NCBI GenBank assembly: GCA_964440275.1
Contig: CAYTRR010000012.1
Location: forward strand, 8,146-72,145
Length of the DNA stretch: 64,000 nt
Direction of reading: 5' to 3'
Source of the DNA: an uncultured Spirochaetales bacterium
Lineage (GTDB): Bacteria; Desulfobacterota_D; UBA1144
A model generated the notes under the pieces. That model saw only the letters and a program-made list of their open reading frames with translations. It was not told the origin of the DNA and made no database searches. This document shows positions 32,601 through 42,440 of the stretch, in pieces. Both the position numbers and the translations under genes were made by a program. Every line of letters starts with the position of its first letter. Position 1 is the first letter of the stretch.

Positions 32601-32947
32601 TTATATATATTTTAATTGGAATAGTCGGAGGCTTTATGAGTGGGTTCATGGGTATAGGGGGTGGTTTAGTGATGGTCCCATTGTTAGTGATATTATCTAA
32701 ATTTACTCAACATATGGCTCAGGGTACCTCTTTGGCTGTTCTAACTCTACCTGTTGTTGTTTTTGGTGCTTATCAATATTATCAAGAAGGAAATATCAAT
32801 ATGAATGCCGCTATAACAATAGCAATATTTTTTTGTATAGGTATATTTTTAGGTTCAAAAACTGCTCATTTACTTTCATCTGAAAACTTAAAAATTATAT
32901 TTGGTTTCTTGATGGTATTTATAGGTATTAGAATGATAATCAATTAG
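32576..32947 (+). CDS. Half-size TauE/SafE (DUF81) family membrane protein, 123 aa
   Basis: GIGGGLVMVPLL glycine-rich TM motif typical of TauE/SafE; one 4-TM repeat rather than the usual two. Confidence 0.6.
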   Translation: MSQGVSEMIIYILIGIVGGFMSGFMGIGGGLVMVPLLVILSKFTQHMAQGTSLAVLTLPVVVFGAYQYYQEGNINMNAAITIAIFFCIGIFLGSKTAHLLSSENLKIIFGFLMVFIGIRMIIN

Positions 32948-33881
32948 ATACAAATTTATCAGAATACTCTGTTAGAGCTTTTACGTTTTCAAACCAAACC
33001 ATTTCTTCATCTTTTCTAAGCCATGTTGTTTGTCTTTTAGCTAACCTTCTTGTATTGGTTTTAATTTTTTCTATAGATTCATCTTTAGTAAAATCTCCCT
33101 TTAAGTACATGCAAATCTCTTTGTATCCTATTGAACGTAGAGGTTTGATTTCTTCACCATATAATTCGACTAGACTCTTAACTTCATCAATAAGACCATC
33201 TGATATCATTGTATCTACACGTAAATTAATTAGGTCATCTAATTGTGGTTTTGAAATAGATAAACCGATTTTAATAAATTGGCAATCTTTTAGAGTAGTA
33301 CGGTTCTCTTCTCTAAATAATTCAGAAGGTTTTCTTTGGGTTATTTTATTTATTTCTAGAAACCTAATTATTCTTTGAATATCTCTATTGTTTATTTTTT
33401 TTGCTTGGTCAGGATCAATCTCAAGAAGCATATTGTACAAATGGTCTATCCCATTACTTTCTAGTTTGTCTTGCAAGGTCTTCCTAAAATCATCATCTTT
33501 TGGCAACTCAGAAGTTAATCCATCTAAAAGAGATTTTATATATAGTTGTGTGCCACCTGAAACTATTAGATTTTCATTTAAGCTCGAATTAATCACGTCT
33601 CTACTTAATTTCATGTACTGCCATGCATCAAAATCTTTGTCTGGTTGAATAATATCAATAAGATGATGAGGAATTGTGTTCATAATATTTTTTGAAGGTT
33701 TTCCAGTCCCAATATCAAAACTTTTATAAACATGCATTGAATCAGCTGAGATAATCTCTGTTTGATATCTTCTAGCCAATTCTATTGATAAATTTGTTTT
33801 GCCGCTGGATGTTGGTCCAGTTAATATTACAATCTTTTTTTTCTTGTCTTTATTCCCGGAAGTTCTCAATATCCTGATCAA
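32940..33881 (-). CDS. miaA: tRNA dimethylallyltransferase
   Basis: P-loop ILTGPTSSGKT; DSMHVYK motif; 313 aa; the tracked start overlaps the pnp 3' end by 32 nt. Confidence 0.85.
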   Translation of the reverse strand: MIRILRTSGNKDKKKKIVILTGPTSSGKTNLSIELARRYQTEIISADSMHVYKSFDIGTGKPSKNIMNTIPHHLIDIIQPDKDFDAWQYMKLSRDVINSSLNENLIVSGGTQLYIKSLLDGLTSELPKDDDFRKTLQDKLESNGIDHLYNMLLEIDPDQAKKINNRDIQRIIRFLEINKITQRKPSELFREENRTTLKDCQFIKIGLSISKPQLDDLINLRVDTMISDGLIDEVKSLVELYGEEIKPLRSIGYKEICMYLKGDFTKDESIEKIKTNTRRLAKRQTTWLRKDEEMVWFENVKALTEYSDKFVSN

Positions 33882-35949
33882 GTGCCTCTTTTCTGCTTAA
33901 TCTAATTTTTCCATCTCTTTCTTTAGATAAACATTTCACTAAAACTTCATCACCTTCTTTAAGGATATCCGAAACTGTTTTAACTCTTTCTTTTGCTAGT
34001 TCAGATATATGAATTAGTCCATCAAGTGTTGGGCTCAATCCTACAATTGCACCAAAATCTAATATTCTTTTTACTTTACCTATATAAAATTCTCCAACAT
34101 CAATGTCTCTTACTATATAGGAAATGTCTTTCAGTGCGGACTTGGCATCTGATTCGTTGATAGCTATGACATTCACTTTCCCTGAATCTTCAATGTCGAT
34201 TTTGACATTATTATCTTCGGTTAGTTTCTTTATGTTTTTACCACCAGAGCCTATAATGTCTTTGATCTTATCTGGATTAACATGAATTGTTGTAATTCTA
34301 GGTGCATGAGGTGAGATGTTTTCCTTCTTGGAACTAATTGTCTTAGCCATCTCTGATAAAATATGGAGCCTTCCTTCTTTTGCTTGATCAAGAGCTTCTT
34401 GAAGTAATTCTTTGCTGATTCCTTGAATTTTAATATCCATCTGAAGTGCTGTAATTCCCTCTGATGTTCCACAAACTTTAAAGTCCATGTCTCCAAGATG
34501 GTCTTCGTCTCCAAGAATATCTGATAAAATCAGATGGTTTTCATTTTCTTTAATAAGACCCATAGCAATACCTGCAACTGGTGCACTAAGTGGTACTCCA
34601 GCATCCATTAAAGACAAAGATGATCCGCAAACTGTGGCCATTGACGAGGATCCATTAGATTCCAAAATATCAGAAACAATTCTTACAGTATATGGAAAAG
34701 TGTCAGGACCTGGCATTACACCCATCACAGCTCTTCTAGCGAGTTCTCCATGGCCTATCTCTCTTCTTCCAGTTCCAAGTCTCATTGATACCTCGCCTAC
34801 GCTAAATGGCGGAAAATTATAATGGAGCATGAAAGTCCTTCTTTCCTCTCCTTGTAAAGTATCAATTCTTTGTTGGTCTTCTTTTGTACCAAGCGTAACA
34901 GCTACCAATGCTTGTGTTTCGCCTCTAGTAAAAACTGCTGAGCCATGGGCTCTACTCAAAATACTTATCTCAGATGAAATATTTCTAATATCAGCAAAAG
35001 ATCTTCCATCTATTCTGGTCTTATCATTTATCATCATCTGTCTGACTGAAGTTTTTTTGAAATTATCAAATATCTCTTTAAAATCTTTCTCATTAAAATT
35101 CTCATCTTCAGAAATATTATTCAATGTGCTTGTATATAGATTTGCAATGGAGGTGTTACGTTCCTGTTTCGATTGAATTCTAATAGATTTCTGTAAATCT
35201 TCGGATATTAGATCTTCGATTTTCTTCACAAATTCTGAATCTAACTCTTTTTGAATGACAATTCTTTTTTCTAAACCTTCGGGGATTAATTTGTTTTGAA
35301 AACCAATTATCTCTTTGATATGTGTATGTCCAAACATTAAAGCATCAACTATCTCAGCTTCTGGTATAGTATCTGCCTCACCTTCCACCATAAGTATTGC
35401 TTCGTTGCTACCTGCAATTATAAAATTTAAATCTGATGCTTCTATTTCTTCAAATGTAGGATTGCATATTAAATTATTATCGACTCTCCCTACTCTAACA
35501 CCAGCTAATGGGCCATCAAATGGTATGTTTGAAACTGTTAAAGCAGCTGAGGCTGCTGTAATAGCAAGCACATCAGGTGGATTTATATTATCAGCCGAAT
35601 AAACACTAATAATAACTTGCGTTGGAAAATTATAGTTTTTTGGGAACATTGGTCTAAGCGGTCTATCTATTAATCGTGATATTAATGTTTCTGATTCTGT
35701 TGGTCTACCTTCTCTTTTAAAATAACCGCCTGGTATTTTCCCAGCAGAAAAAGCTTTTTCCTGGTAGTTAACTGTAAGAGGAAGAAAGTTATCATCTACT
35801 GGATCTAAAGAGCTAACAACGGTTGCAAGGACTTGTGTATCGCCAATTTGTGCAAGCACAGATCCGTCTGCTTGTTTCGCTAGTTTGCCAGTTTCTAAAG
35901 AAAAAGATTTGCCAGCAAGAAGTTCGTTAATATTTTTGTATGAATCCAT
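33850..35949 (-). CDS. pnp: Polyribonucleotide nucleotidyltransferase (PNPase)
   Basis: 699 aa; two RNase PH domains; KH; C-terminal S1 (GKVKRILDFGAIV). Confidence 0.95.
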   Translation of the reverse strand: MDSYKNINELLAGKSFSLETGKLAKQADGSVLAQIGDTQVLATVVSSLDPVDDNFLPLTVNYQEKAFSAGKIPGGYFKREGRPTESETLISRLIDRPLRPMFPKNYNFPTQVIISVYSADNINPPDVLAITAASAALTVSNIPFDGPLAGVRVGRVDNNLICNPTFEEIEASDLNFIIAGSNEAILMVEGEADTIPEAEIVDALMFGHTHIKEIIGFQNKLIPEGLEKRIVIQKELDSEFVKKIEDLISEDLQKSIRIQSKQERNTSIANLYTSTLNNISEDENFNEKDFKEIFDNFKKTSVRQMMINDKTRIDGRSFADIRNISSEISILSRAHGSAVFTRGETQALVAVTLGTKEDQQRIDTLQGEERRTFMLHYNFPPFSVGEVSMRLGTGRREIGHGELARRAVMGVMPGPDTFPYTVRIVSDILESNGSSSMATVCGSSLSLMDAGVPLSAPVAGIAMGLIKENENHLILSDILGDEDHLGDMDFKVCGTSEGITALQMDIKIQGISKELLQEALDQAKEGRLHILSEMAKTISSKKENISPHAPRITTIHVNPDKIKDIIGSGGKNIKKLTEDNNVKIDIEDSGKVNVIAINESDAKSALKDISYIVRDIDVGEFYIGKVKRILDFGAIVGLSPTLDGLIHISELAKERVKTVSDILKEGDEVLVKCLSKERDGKIRLSRKEALDQDIENFRE

Positions 35950-35955
35950 CGAAAC

Positions 35956-36216
35956 CTATTTTCTTAAACCATGCTTAGAAAGAATTTCGATATATTCATC
36001 TTTGTCTTTTCTCTTTATATATTTCAACAACTTTCTTCTTCTTTCAATCGCTAAGAGCAGTCCTCTTCTAGAGGACGTGTCTTTTTTAAAACTTTGGACA
36101 TGTTTAGTCAGCAATTCAATTTTTTTTGAAAGAATTGCTATTTGAACTTTTGTGGACCCTACGTCTTTATCTGAAGATCCAAATTCATTAATTATATCCT
36201 TCTTATTTAAAATCAA
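35956..36216 (-). CDS. rpsO: 30S ribosomal protein S15 (TTG start)
   Basis: GSTKVQIAILSKKIELLTKHV...RRGLLLAIERRRKLLKY; AAGAGG SD upstream. Confidence 0.9.
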   Translation of the reverse strand: MILNKKDIINEFGSSDKDVGSTKVQIAILSKKIELLTKHVQSFKKDTSSRRGLLLAIERRRKLLKYIKRKDKDEYIEILSKHGLRK

Positions 36217-36291
36217 TCATTAACCTCTTTAAATTTCTTAGCTTAATAATTAATCAATTATCTTTAAAAATCAAGTGTGTTAAACAAACTA

Positions 36292-37191
36292 CTAGAACAA
36301 TTTGATATCCGAATAAATATAATCGCCAGTTTCATTAAAGTTGTTATTTATAAGACCTACTGGATATTCGTCTATCGTAAGTAATTTGTGCTGGTCTTTA
36401 TTAGATTTTACTCCTAATTTTTTTGATAAATTTGATAAAAATTCGTTATTCACCTTCTTGTGGTTTGAATGCTGTTTCAAATGATCTAATAGACTTTTAT
36501 TGATCTCAACTGTAGAAAACAAATCATCAGGATTAAAAAAAATCGGACTCTGGCTATCAATTAAAGAAAAGAATTTGTTTGAATCCTCAACATTAAAAGA
36601 ACCACTAGACAATCTTCTTAAGCTGGCAACAGAAGCACCAACTCCTAGCTTGTCACCTATATCGCTAACCAACGATCTAATGTAAGTTCCTTTTGAACAG
36701 TCAACTTCAAGTTCAAAAGTATATTCTCCACTCTTAGCAATATGAATATCATATATAGTAGAAATTCTTTCGGGCAAACCTACTTCTTTACCTTGTCTTG
36801 CATATTTATAAGAAGGAATACCATTTATTTTAATTGCAGAATAACTTGGTGGAACATATGTGTATTTACCTATAAAAGATTTAACTATTTTTTTTAAAGT
36901 TTCTAAATGAAGTTGAGGAACTTCAGTTACATGTAACACTCTTCCTGAAATATCTAAAGTTTCAGTTTGCAAACCAATAATAGCTTTAACAATGTACTTC
37001 TTTTTGTTTTCATTTATAAAAGGAATCAGCTTAGTTAGTTTGCCCAAAAAAATTGGGACAACACCTGTTGCTAATGGATCCAAAGTTCCAGTATGGCCTG
37101 CTTTTTCTGCATTAAAATATTTTTTTATTTTGTTAGTCACGTAAGTTGTAGTCATTCCGTATGGTTTATCAATTAATAAAATCTTATCCAT
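36292..37191 (-). CDS. truB: tRNA pseudouridine-55 synthase
   Basis: GHTGTLDPLATGVVPI catalytic Asp motif; 299 aa. Confidence 0.9.
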   Translation of the reverse strand: MDKILLIDKPYGMTTTYVTNKIKKYFNAEKAGHTGTLDPLATGVVPIFLGKLTKLIPFINENKKKYIVKAIIGLQTETLDISGRVLHVTEVPQLHLETLKKIVKSFIGKYTYVPPSYSAIKINGIPSYKYARQGKEVGLPERISTIYDIHIAKSGEYTFELEVDCSKGTYIRSLVSDIGDKLGVGASVASLRRLSSGSFNVEDSNKFFSLIDSQSPIFFNPDDLFSTVEINKSLLDHLKQHSNHKKVNNEFLSNLSKKLGVKSNKDQHKLLTIDEYPVGLINNNFNETGDYIYSDIKLF

Positions 37192-38200
37192 TTTTAAGCT
37201 CTTTAATTATTCCCTCAATCAATATTTGAATCTTTCCATCAAAACGAAAACCTGATGCATTTTTATGACCCCCTCCACCAAATCTTCCAGCAAAATCAGA
37301 TAAATCTTTAAACCCATTTGATCTGAGACTAATTTTCCATTTGTCAGTACCAATTTCTCTTATAAAAATGCCTATTTCTACATCAGAATAATTTAGAAGA
37401 GAATTAGCAATCCCTTCAGAGTCTTCTTTAGTGGTTCCAGTTTCATCATAGAAAGAATCTGTAGAGTGGCAAATAGCTGTTTTTAATTCTTCATTGAAAT
37501 CAAGTGTAGAATATATTTTATTTCTTAATTGTAGTCTTTTTATTTCCCCATTATTGAATATGCTTTTATTTAAAGTTTCTAAGTCTCCGCCCATAGAAAG
37601 TAGCTCCTTACAGATTTCAAATGTTTCGGGATTAACATTTGAATTTTTGAATGATGAAGTGTCAGTAATTATAGTTGTAAGAAGGCAAGTAGAAATCTTG
37701 GATTTGACTGATTCATTTGTTATTTCCGGAAATTGCTTAATTAGCCTGTAAACCAAAACACCAGTAGATGAAGCATCAGTGTCAATGTAAGTAGCTTCTG
37801 AATTTTCAATCTTATTATTTTCATGATGGTCAATTACAATAATTGGCAAATCATTATCTTTAATTGTTAAATCTAAATAATTAGACATTTCGGAACCTGT
37901 TCGTTCGAAATCATTTAAATCTAATATAAGGGCTAAATCAAAATCCTTTGGAAGAGTTTCAATAGAATCATGGATAATTTCATCTGCCCCAAGAAATGAT
38001 AGATAATTTGGAATCCCATCACGATTATAAACTACACAGTCCTTAGAAAGGACATCCTTTATAAAGTAATAAAGACCTAAAGATGACCCTATTGCATCGC
38101 CATCAGGGCTATAATGTGAAACTAAAAGTATTTTCTTCTTTGTATTAATTAATTCTTTAATATTTAAAAGGACAGAGGTGCTAAGTTTTTTCGAATCCAT
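37184..38200 (-). CDS. DHH/DHHA1 phosphoesterase (NrnA-like nanoRNase/pAp phosphatase) in the position usually held by rbfA
   Basis: DGDAIGS and DHH motifs; C-terminal GGGH (DHHA1); 338 aa. Confidence 0.75.
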   Translation of the reverse strand: MDSKKLSTSVLLNIKELINTKKKILLVSHYSPDGDAIGSSLGLYYFIKDVLSKDCVVYNRDGIPNYLSFLGADEIIHDSIETLPKDFDLALILDLNDFERTGSEMSNYLDLTIKDNDLPIIVIDHHENNKIENSEATYIDTDASSTGVLVYRLIKQFPEITNESVKSKISTCLLTTIITDTSSFKNSNVNPETFEICKELLSMGGDLETLNKSIFNNGEIKRLQLRNKIYSTLDFNEELKTAICHSTDSFYDETGTTKEDSEGIANSLLNYSDVEIGIFIREIGTDKWKISLRSNGFKDLSDFAGRFGGGGHKNASGFRFDGKIQILIEGIIKELKNG

Positions 38201-38208
38201 CTTTCTGG

Positions 38209-40779
38209 TTAGATAGTTTGATTTATTTTATCAAAAGTAAAAATTTCTATTGTATCTCCTTGCTTGATATCTTCCATATTTTCAAAACCTATTCCACATT
38301 CAAAGCCACTAGCAACTTCTTTTACATCATCTTTAAATCTTTTCAATGAAGTTATTGTCGTTTCGAATACAATTTCATCTTCCCTTTTAACTCTTATGTT
38401 GTGCCCTCTGACTGCTTTGCCGTCATTAACTAAGCATCCAGCAATTTTACCTTGCTTAGAAAGATTGAAGATTTCTCTAATTTCTGCATGACCAGTAACT
38501 CTCTCTTCAAGGATTGGGTCTAGTAGTCCTTCAAGTAATTCTTTTATTCTATCTAATATTTCATATATTATTTTGTAGGTTTCACATCTTATTGAAGATT
38601 TATCTAACATAGCTTGGACTTTCGGCTCTACATTAGTTGAAAATCCTAGGATTATTGATCCTGTTGACTCTGCAAGCATAAAGTCTGATTCGTTAATTGT
38701 TCCCACAGCAGAATGTACAATTTTTGCTTTGCATTTTTCAGATTCAAAATTAAGTAATGCGGAAACAAGAGCATCAAGAGAACCCTGAGTATCAGCTTTC
38801 ACTATAACTGGCAATTCTTTAATTTGAAGTAACTGTAAATCTGAATTAATGAAGTCTAAATCGACTGTGTGCGACTTGAAAGACTTTTCGTCTTCGATGT
38901 TAGACAACCTATTTCTTATTACATCCTTTGCAATTTTATCATTTTTAACTATATTGTATTGCAATCCAGCTTCAGGAACACCATCAAGCCCTAGTATCTC
39001 TACTGGATAGGATGGTGCCGATGTCATTAGTTGCTTGCCTTTGTCATCAATTAGTGCACGAATCCTACCTGAATTTGTTCCACAGAGTATTGTGTCACCT
39101 CTTTTAATTTCTCCTTCCTTGGGAATCAAAGTAGCAACAACCCCTCGTCCTTTATCCAAATAAGCTTCGAGGATGTATCCAGAAGAAGGAATTTTGGAAT
39201 TGGCTTTCAATTCCATAACATCTGATTGTAGTACTACTATTTCCAATAAGTCATCTATGCCTTTTCCGTTCAATGCAGACACTGGAACAAAAGGAGTATC
39301 GCCACCCCAATCCTCTGGTGTAAGTCCTTTTTCTGACAATTGAGTCTTAATCGAATCAACATTTGAATCTTCTTTATCAATCTTATTTACAGCAACTACA
39401 ATAGGAACATTTGCGGATTTAGCATGACTAATAGCCTCATCTGTTTGTGGCATTACCCCATCATCAGCAGCAACGACTAATATAATAATATCTGTCAAAC
39501 TTGCTCCTCTAGATCTCATTGCCGAAAAAGCGGCATGTCCTGGAGTATCAATAAAAACTAAATTTTTTTTGTTAACGTTAACGCTATATGCGCCTATTGA
39601 TTGTGTTATACCTCCATGTTCTTTATCAACCACTTTGGACTTTCTAATATAGTCTAATAATGATGTTTTACCATGGTCAACATGGCCCATGACTGTTATA
39701 ATCGGAGGTCTCATTTGAATGTCAGAGTCTTTCCTTAAAAATCCTTCTTCTAAAACTGATTTTTCATTATAAGAGTCAACTTCTACTTCATAATTAAATT
39801 CTGAAGCAATAATAGTAGCTTCATCGGAATCAATTTCATCTTTTGCAGTTAATTTTAATCCTAACTCTGATGCTTTACTGATAACTTGGCCTATTTTTGC
39901 CTTTAATTTCGTTGCTAAAAGTGTAATGATAATTTTTTCTTGAATTTTTATCTTATTTACTTTTGTTTTGGTTCTCGTATTGCTTTCTATTCCATTTTCT
40001 TTATCAATTTCATCTGCAGATTGTGAATCTTTTTGAGTCCTAGTTTTTTTTGCAAAATTATTTGATATAAGATACTCCTTCCTACCACCAGGCAATTTTG
40101 CTCTAACAGCTTTTCTCAATACATCCATAGCATCTTCATCTATAATCTCTTCTTTGGATGGTTTAATCTGAACTTTTTTCTTTTCTACTTGCTTATTTTT
40201 TTTGGTTTCTGTTTTCTTTTTTGCATCTTCTGATCTAAATTCTTTTTGAATCTTAGCTGGAGGTTCTTTAGTAACATTAGTTTGCTTGTCATCTTTGCTT
40301 TTTGGTTTGACATCTCTTTCGTTAGTCTTTGCTGGAGAATACACTCTTTTGGTTTCGCGTGTAACAGTTTTGGTTGGTTGAGAATCTTGTTTAGTTTTTA
40401 TTTCTTCTTTAATTTCTTCTTTAGAAACTTGTTCTTCAGCCTGTTTTTCCTTAGCGACTTCTTGTTCATCCTCAGTTTTTTCTTCAATTTTAAAAACAGG
40501 GGCCTTTTTTCGTCTTATCGTAACTTTGGCTCCAGACCTTTTTATAACATCTCTAGGAGATTTTTTTACTTTATCATTGTCTGGCGAGAACGATATTTTT
40601 ATTTTAGCAGCATCGTCTTCAGATATGGAACTAGCTGAACTTCTTGCAATGATAGATAAATCTTTACATTTAGATAAAACATCTTTAACAGTAATCGAAA
40701 TTTCTGTAGCTAAGTCTTTTATTTTAACTTTTCTCATGTTTTTTTTATTAACTATCCTGTTCACCTGTTTCTTCTTCAA
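38209..40779 (-). CDS. infB: Translation initiation factor IF-2 (true start possibly the Met at ~40737, which removes the overlap with nusA)
   Basis: K/E-rich low-complexity N-terminal region; GTPase G-domain GHVDHGKTSLLD, DTPGH, NKID. Confidence 0.95.
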   Translation of the reverse strand: MKKKQVNRIVNKKNMRKVKIKDLATEISITVKDVLSKCKDLSIIARSSASSISEDDAAKIKISFSPDNDKVKKSPRDVIKRSGAKVTIRRKKAPVFKIEEKTEDEQEVAKEKQAEEQVSKEEIKEEIKTKQDSQPTKTVTRETKRVYSPAKTNERDVKPKSKDDKQTNVTKEPPAKIQKEFRSEDAKKKTETKKNKQVEKKKVQIKPSKEEIIDEDAMDVLRKAVRAKLPGGRKEYLISNNFAKKTRTQKDSQSADEIDKENGIESNTRTKTKVNKIKIQEKIIITLLATKLKAKIGQVISKASELGLKLTAKDEIDSDEATIIASEFNYEVEVDSYNEKSVLEEGFLRKDSDIQMRPPIITVMGHVDHGKTSLLDYIRKSKVVDKEHGGITQSIGAYSVNVNKKNLVFIDTPGHAAFSAMRSRGASLTDIIILVVAADDGVMPQTDEAISHAKSANVPIVVAVNKIDKEDSNVDSIKTQLSEKGLTPEDWGGDTPFVPVSALNGKGIDDLLEIVVLQSDVMELKANSKIPSSGYILEAYLDKGRGVVATLIPKEGEIKRGDTILCGTNSGRIRALIDDKGKQLMTSAPSYPVEILGLDGVPEAGLQYNIVKNDKIAKDVIRNRLSNIEDEKSFKSHTVDLDFINSDLQLLQIKELPVIVKADTQGSLDALVSALLNFESEKCKAKIVHSAVGTINESDFMLAESTGSIILGFSTNVEPKVQAMLDKSSIRCETYKIIYEILDRIKELLEGLLDPILEERVTGHAEIREIFNLSKQGKIAGCLVNDGKAVRGHNIRVKREDEIVFETTITSLKRFKDDVKEVASGFECGIGFENMEDIKQGDTIEIFTFDKINQTI

Positions 40780-42085
40780 CTACTTTTTTGTCAGAGGCCT
40801 CATCTTCTTCGGCTTCATCTTCTACATTTATATTTCTTAATTTTTCTTGTAGTGCAGTTCTTGCTGCTAATTGAATTTTTTCAACGTCTTCTTCACTAGG
40901 AATTCCTGAGGATTTTTTTACATCCTCTGCTTCTCCGAATGCTATATCTTCTAATGTATGAAATCCTCCAGCAAATAAAAGATTTGCATTAACCTCAGAT
41001 ATATTTGGAAGAGTTAAAAGTAGTTTAACAACATTTTCTTGTTCTTCTTTAAGTTGTTCGTCGGTTTTTACAGTAATTTCCCACTCAATCAATTCGGAAG
41101 CTAATCGTACATTTTGACCTTTTCTACCAATAGTAAGTGAAAATTGATCTTTGTCTACAACAACTTCCATAACTTTTGATCCCTCATCAAGAATAACTTT
41201 AGTAACTTGAGCAGGAGATAATGAATTGCATGCAAATTTTGCAATATCGGCAGACCATGGAACAATGTCTATTTTTTCTCCTTTTAATTCTTGTATTATA
41301 TTTTGAACTCTTGACCCTCTCATTCCTACACATGCTCCTACTGGATCAATATCTGAATCCGAGGAAGAGACGGCAATCTTTGTTCTTCCGCCTGGATCAC
41401 GAGAAATTCCCATGATTTGAACTATTCCCTCGTTAATTTCTGGTACCTCTGCCCTAAATAAGGATTCAACAAAATTTTTATGTGCTCTGGAAATTATTAA
41501 TTGTGTTCCTCTTTTGTCTTCTTCTATTTTTAAAAGAACAGCTCGAAGTCTATCTTTGGGCTGAAAGTATTCTCTAGGTACTTGTTCATCGTATGGAATT
41601 ATAGCTTCGGTTCTACCTATGTCGACAACGATAGTGCCTCTTGAAATTCTTCTAACAATACCGTTAATCAATTCACCTTGCCTGCTTCTAAACTCTTCGT
41701 ATATAACTTTTGCTTCTGCTTCTTTTAATTTTTGTATAATTTTCTGTCTTGCATTTTGAATAGCGATTCTAGTGTAATCTGGGCTAAGTTTAACTCCGAT
41801 TTCTTCATCAATTTGAACATCTGGATCGTACACCCTTGCTTCTTCTAATGAAATCTCCATGTCTTCATCAAAAACATCTTCTACAACTTTCTTGAATTCA
41901 AAAAGCTCAAGTTCATTGAATTCGTTAAATTGGCATTCTAAATCTTTATAAAGTGGGTCCGTTTTTAATAATTTATGTGCTGCTGATACGACCGATTCAT
42001 TTACAGCGTCAAGAATTATTTCTTTATCTATTCCTTTGTCTTTAGAAACAGACTCAATTACTCTTGCTAGTTCATCAAAACTCAT
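40748..42085 (-). CDS. nusA: Transcription termination/antitermination factor NusA
   Basis: S1 and KH domains; acidic C-terminal tail; start overlaps the rimP stop (ATGA). Confidence 0.9.
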   Translation of the reverse strand: MSFDELARVIESVSKDKGIDKEIILDAVNESVVSAAHKLLKTDPLYKDLECQFNEFNELELFEFKKVVEDVFDEDMEISLEEARVYDPDVQIDEEIGVKLSPDYTRIAIQNARQKIIQKLKEAEAKVIYEEFRSRQGELINGIVRRISRGTIVVDIGRTEAIIPYDEQVPREYFQPKDRLRAVLLKIEEDKRGTQLIISRAHKNFVESLFRAEVPEINEGIVQIMGISRDPGGRTKIAVSSSDSDIDPVGACVGMRGSRVQNIIQELKGEKIDIVPWSADIAKFACNSLSPAQVTKVILDEGSKVMEVVVDKDQFSLTIGRKGQNVRLASELIEWEITVKTDEQLKEEQENVVKLLLTLPNISEVNANLLFAGGFHTLEDIAFGEAEDVKKSSGIPSEEDVEKIQLAARTALQEKLRNINVEDEAEEDEASDKKVVEEETGEQDS

Positions 42086-42363
42086 TTACTTTCTCCCTCT
42101 TCTAATATTTGATGAGTTCCTGGAGAAGAAACCTCTAAAACATAAGAAGATTCAAACAAATCATCAAAGCCATCAATATCGTTTATCACTTTATTGAATT
42201 TCACACAATCATCAATATTGATTCCTTTGTCTTTGTCAATATATATAACTAATTTTAAGGAAGAAGGTCCACCTGACAGCTCTAAATCAACAAACTTATA
42301 TTCAGTTGTTTCGCACTCTTTCCTTATAATATTTACTAATTTTTCTCTCAAATTTTCACTCAT
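42082..42363 (-). CDS. rimP: Ribosome maturation factor RimP, short form (N-terminal domain only, 93 aa)
   Basis: Aligns to the RimP N-domain through the ...LEVSSPG motif; no room for the C-terminal domain before nusA. Confidence 0.7.
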   Translation of the reverse strand: MSENLREKLVNIIRKECETTEYKFVDLELSGGPSSLKLVIYIDKDKGINIDDCVKFNKVINDIDGFDDLFESSYVLEVSSPGTHQILEEGESK

Positions 42364-42374
42364 TCCTTACCCTA

Positions 42375-42406
42375 ATAAAAAAAGAAGCGGGGCATGCCCC
42401 GCTTCT
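42375..42406 (-). terminator. Rho-independent terminator downstream of uvrB: perfect GC-rich palindrome AGAAGCGGGGCATGCCCCGCTTCT followed (on minus strand) by a T-run
   Basis: Perfect 10-bp stem / 4-nt loop at 42383-42406; A-run on the plus strand at 42375-42382; stands out in AT-rich DNA. Confidence 0.65.
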
Positions 42407-42440
42407 CTAAAATTAAAAATATTCTAACATTTCGTTTCCA

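Noticed and set aside
34251-35602. Several 85-115 aa ORFs on both strands inside pnp
   Set aside because: All lie within or antisense to the PNPase coding region, which is well supported by domain motifs.
40246-40840. Two plus-strand ORFs (130 and 104 aa)
   Set aside because: Antisense shadows of the K/E-rich low-complexity N-terminus of infB; Phe/Leu-rich nonsense composition.
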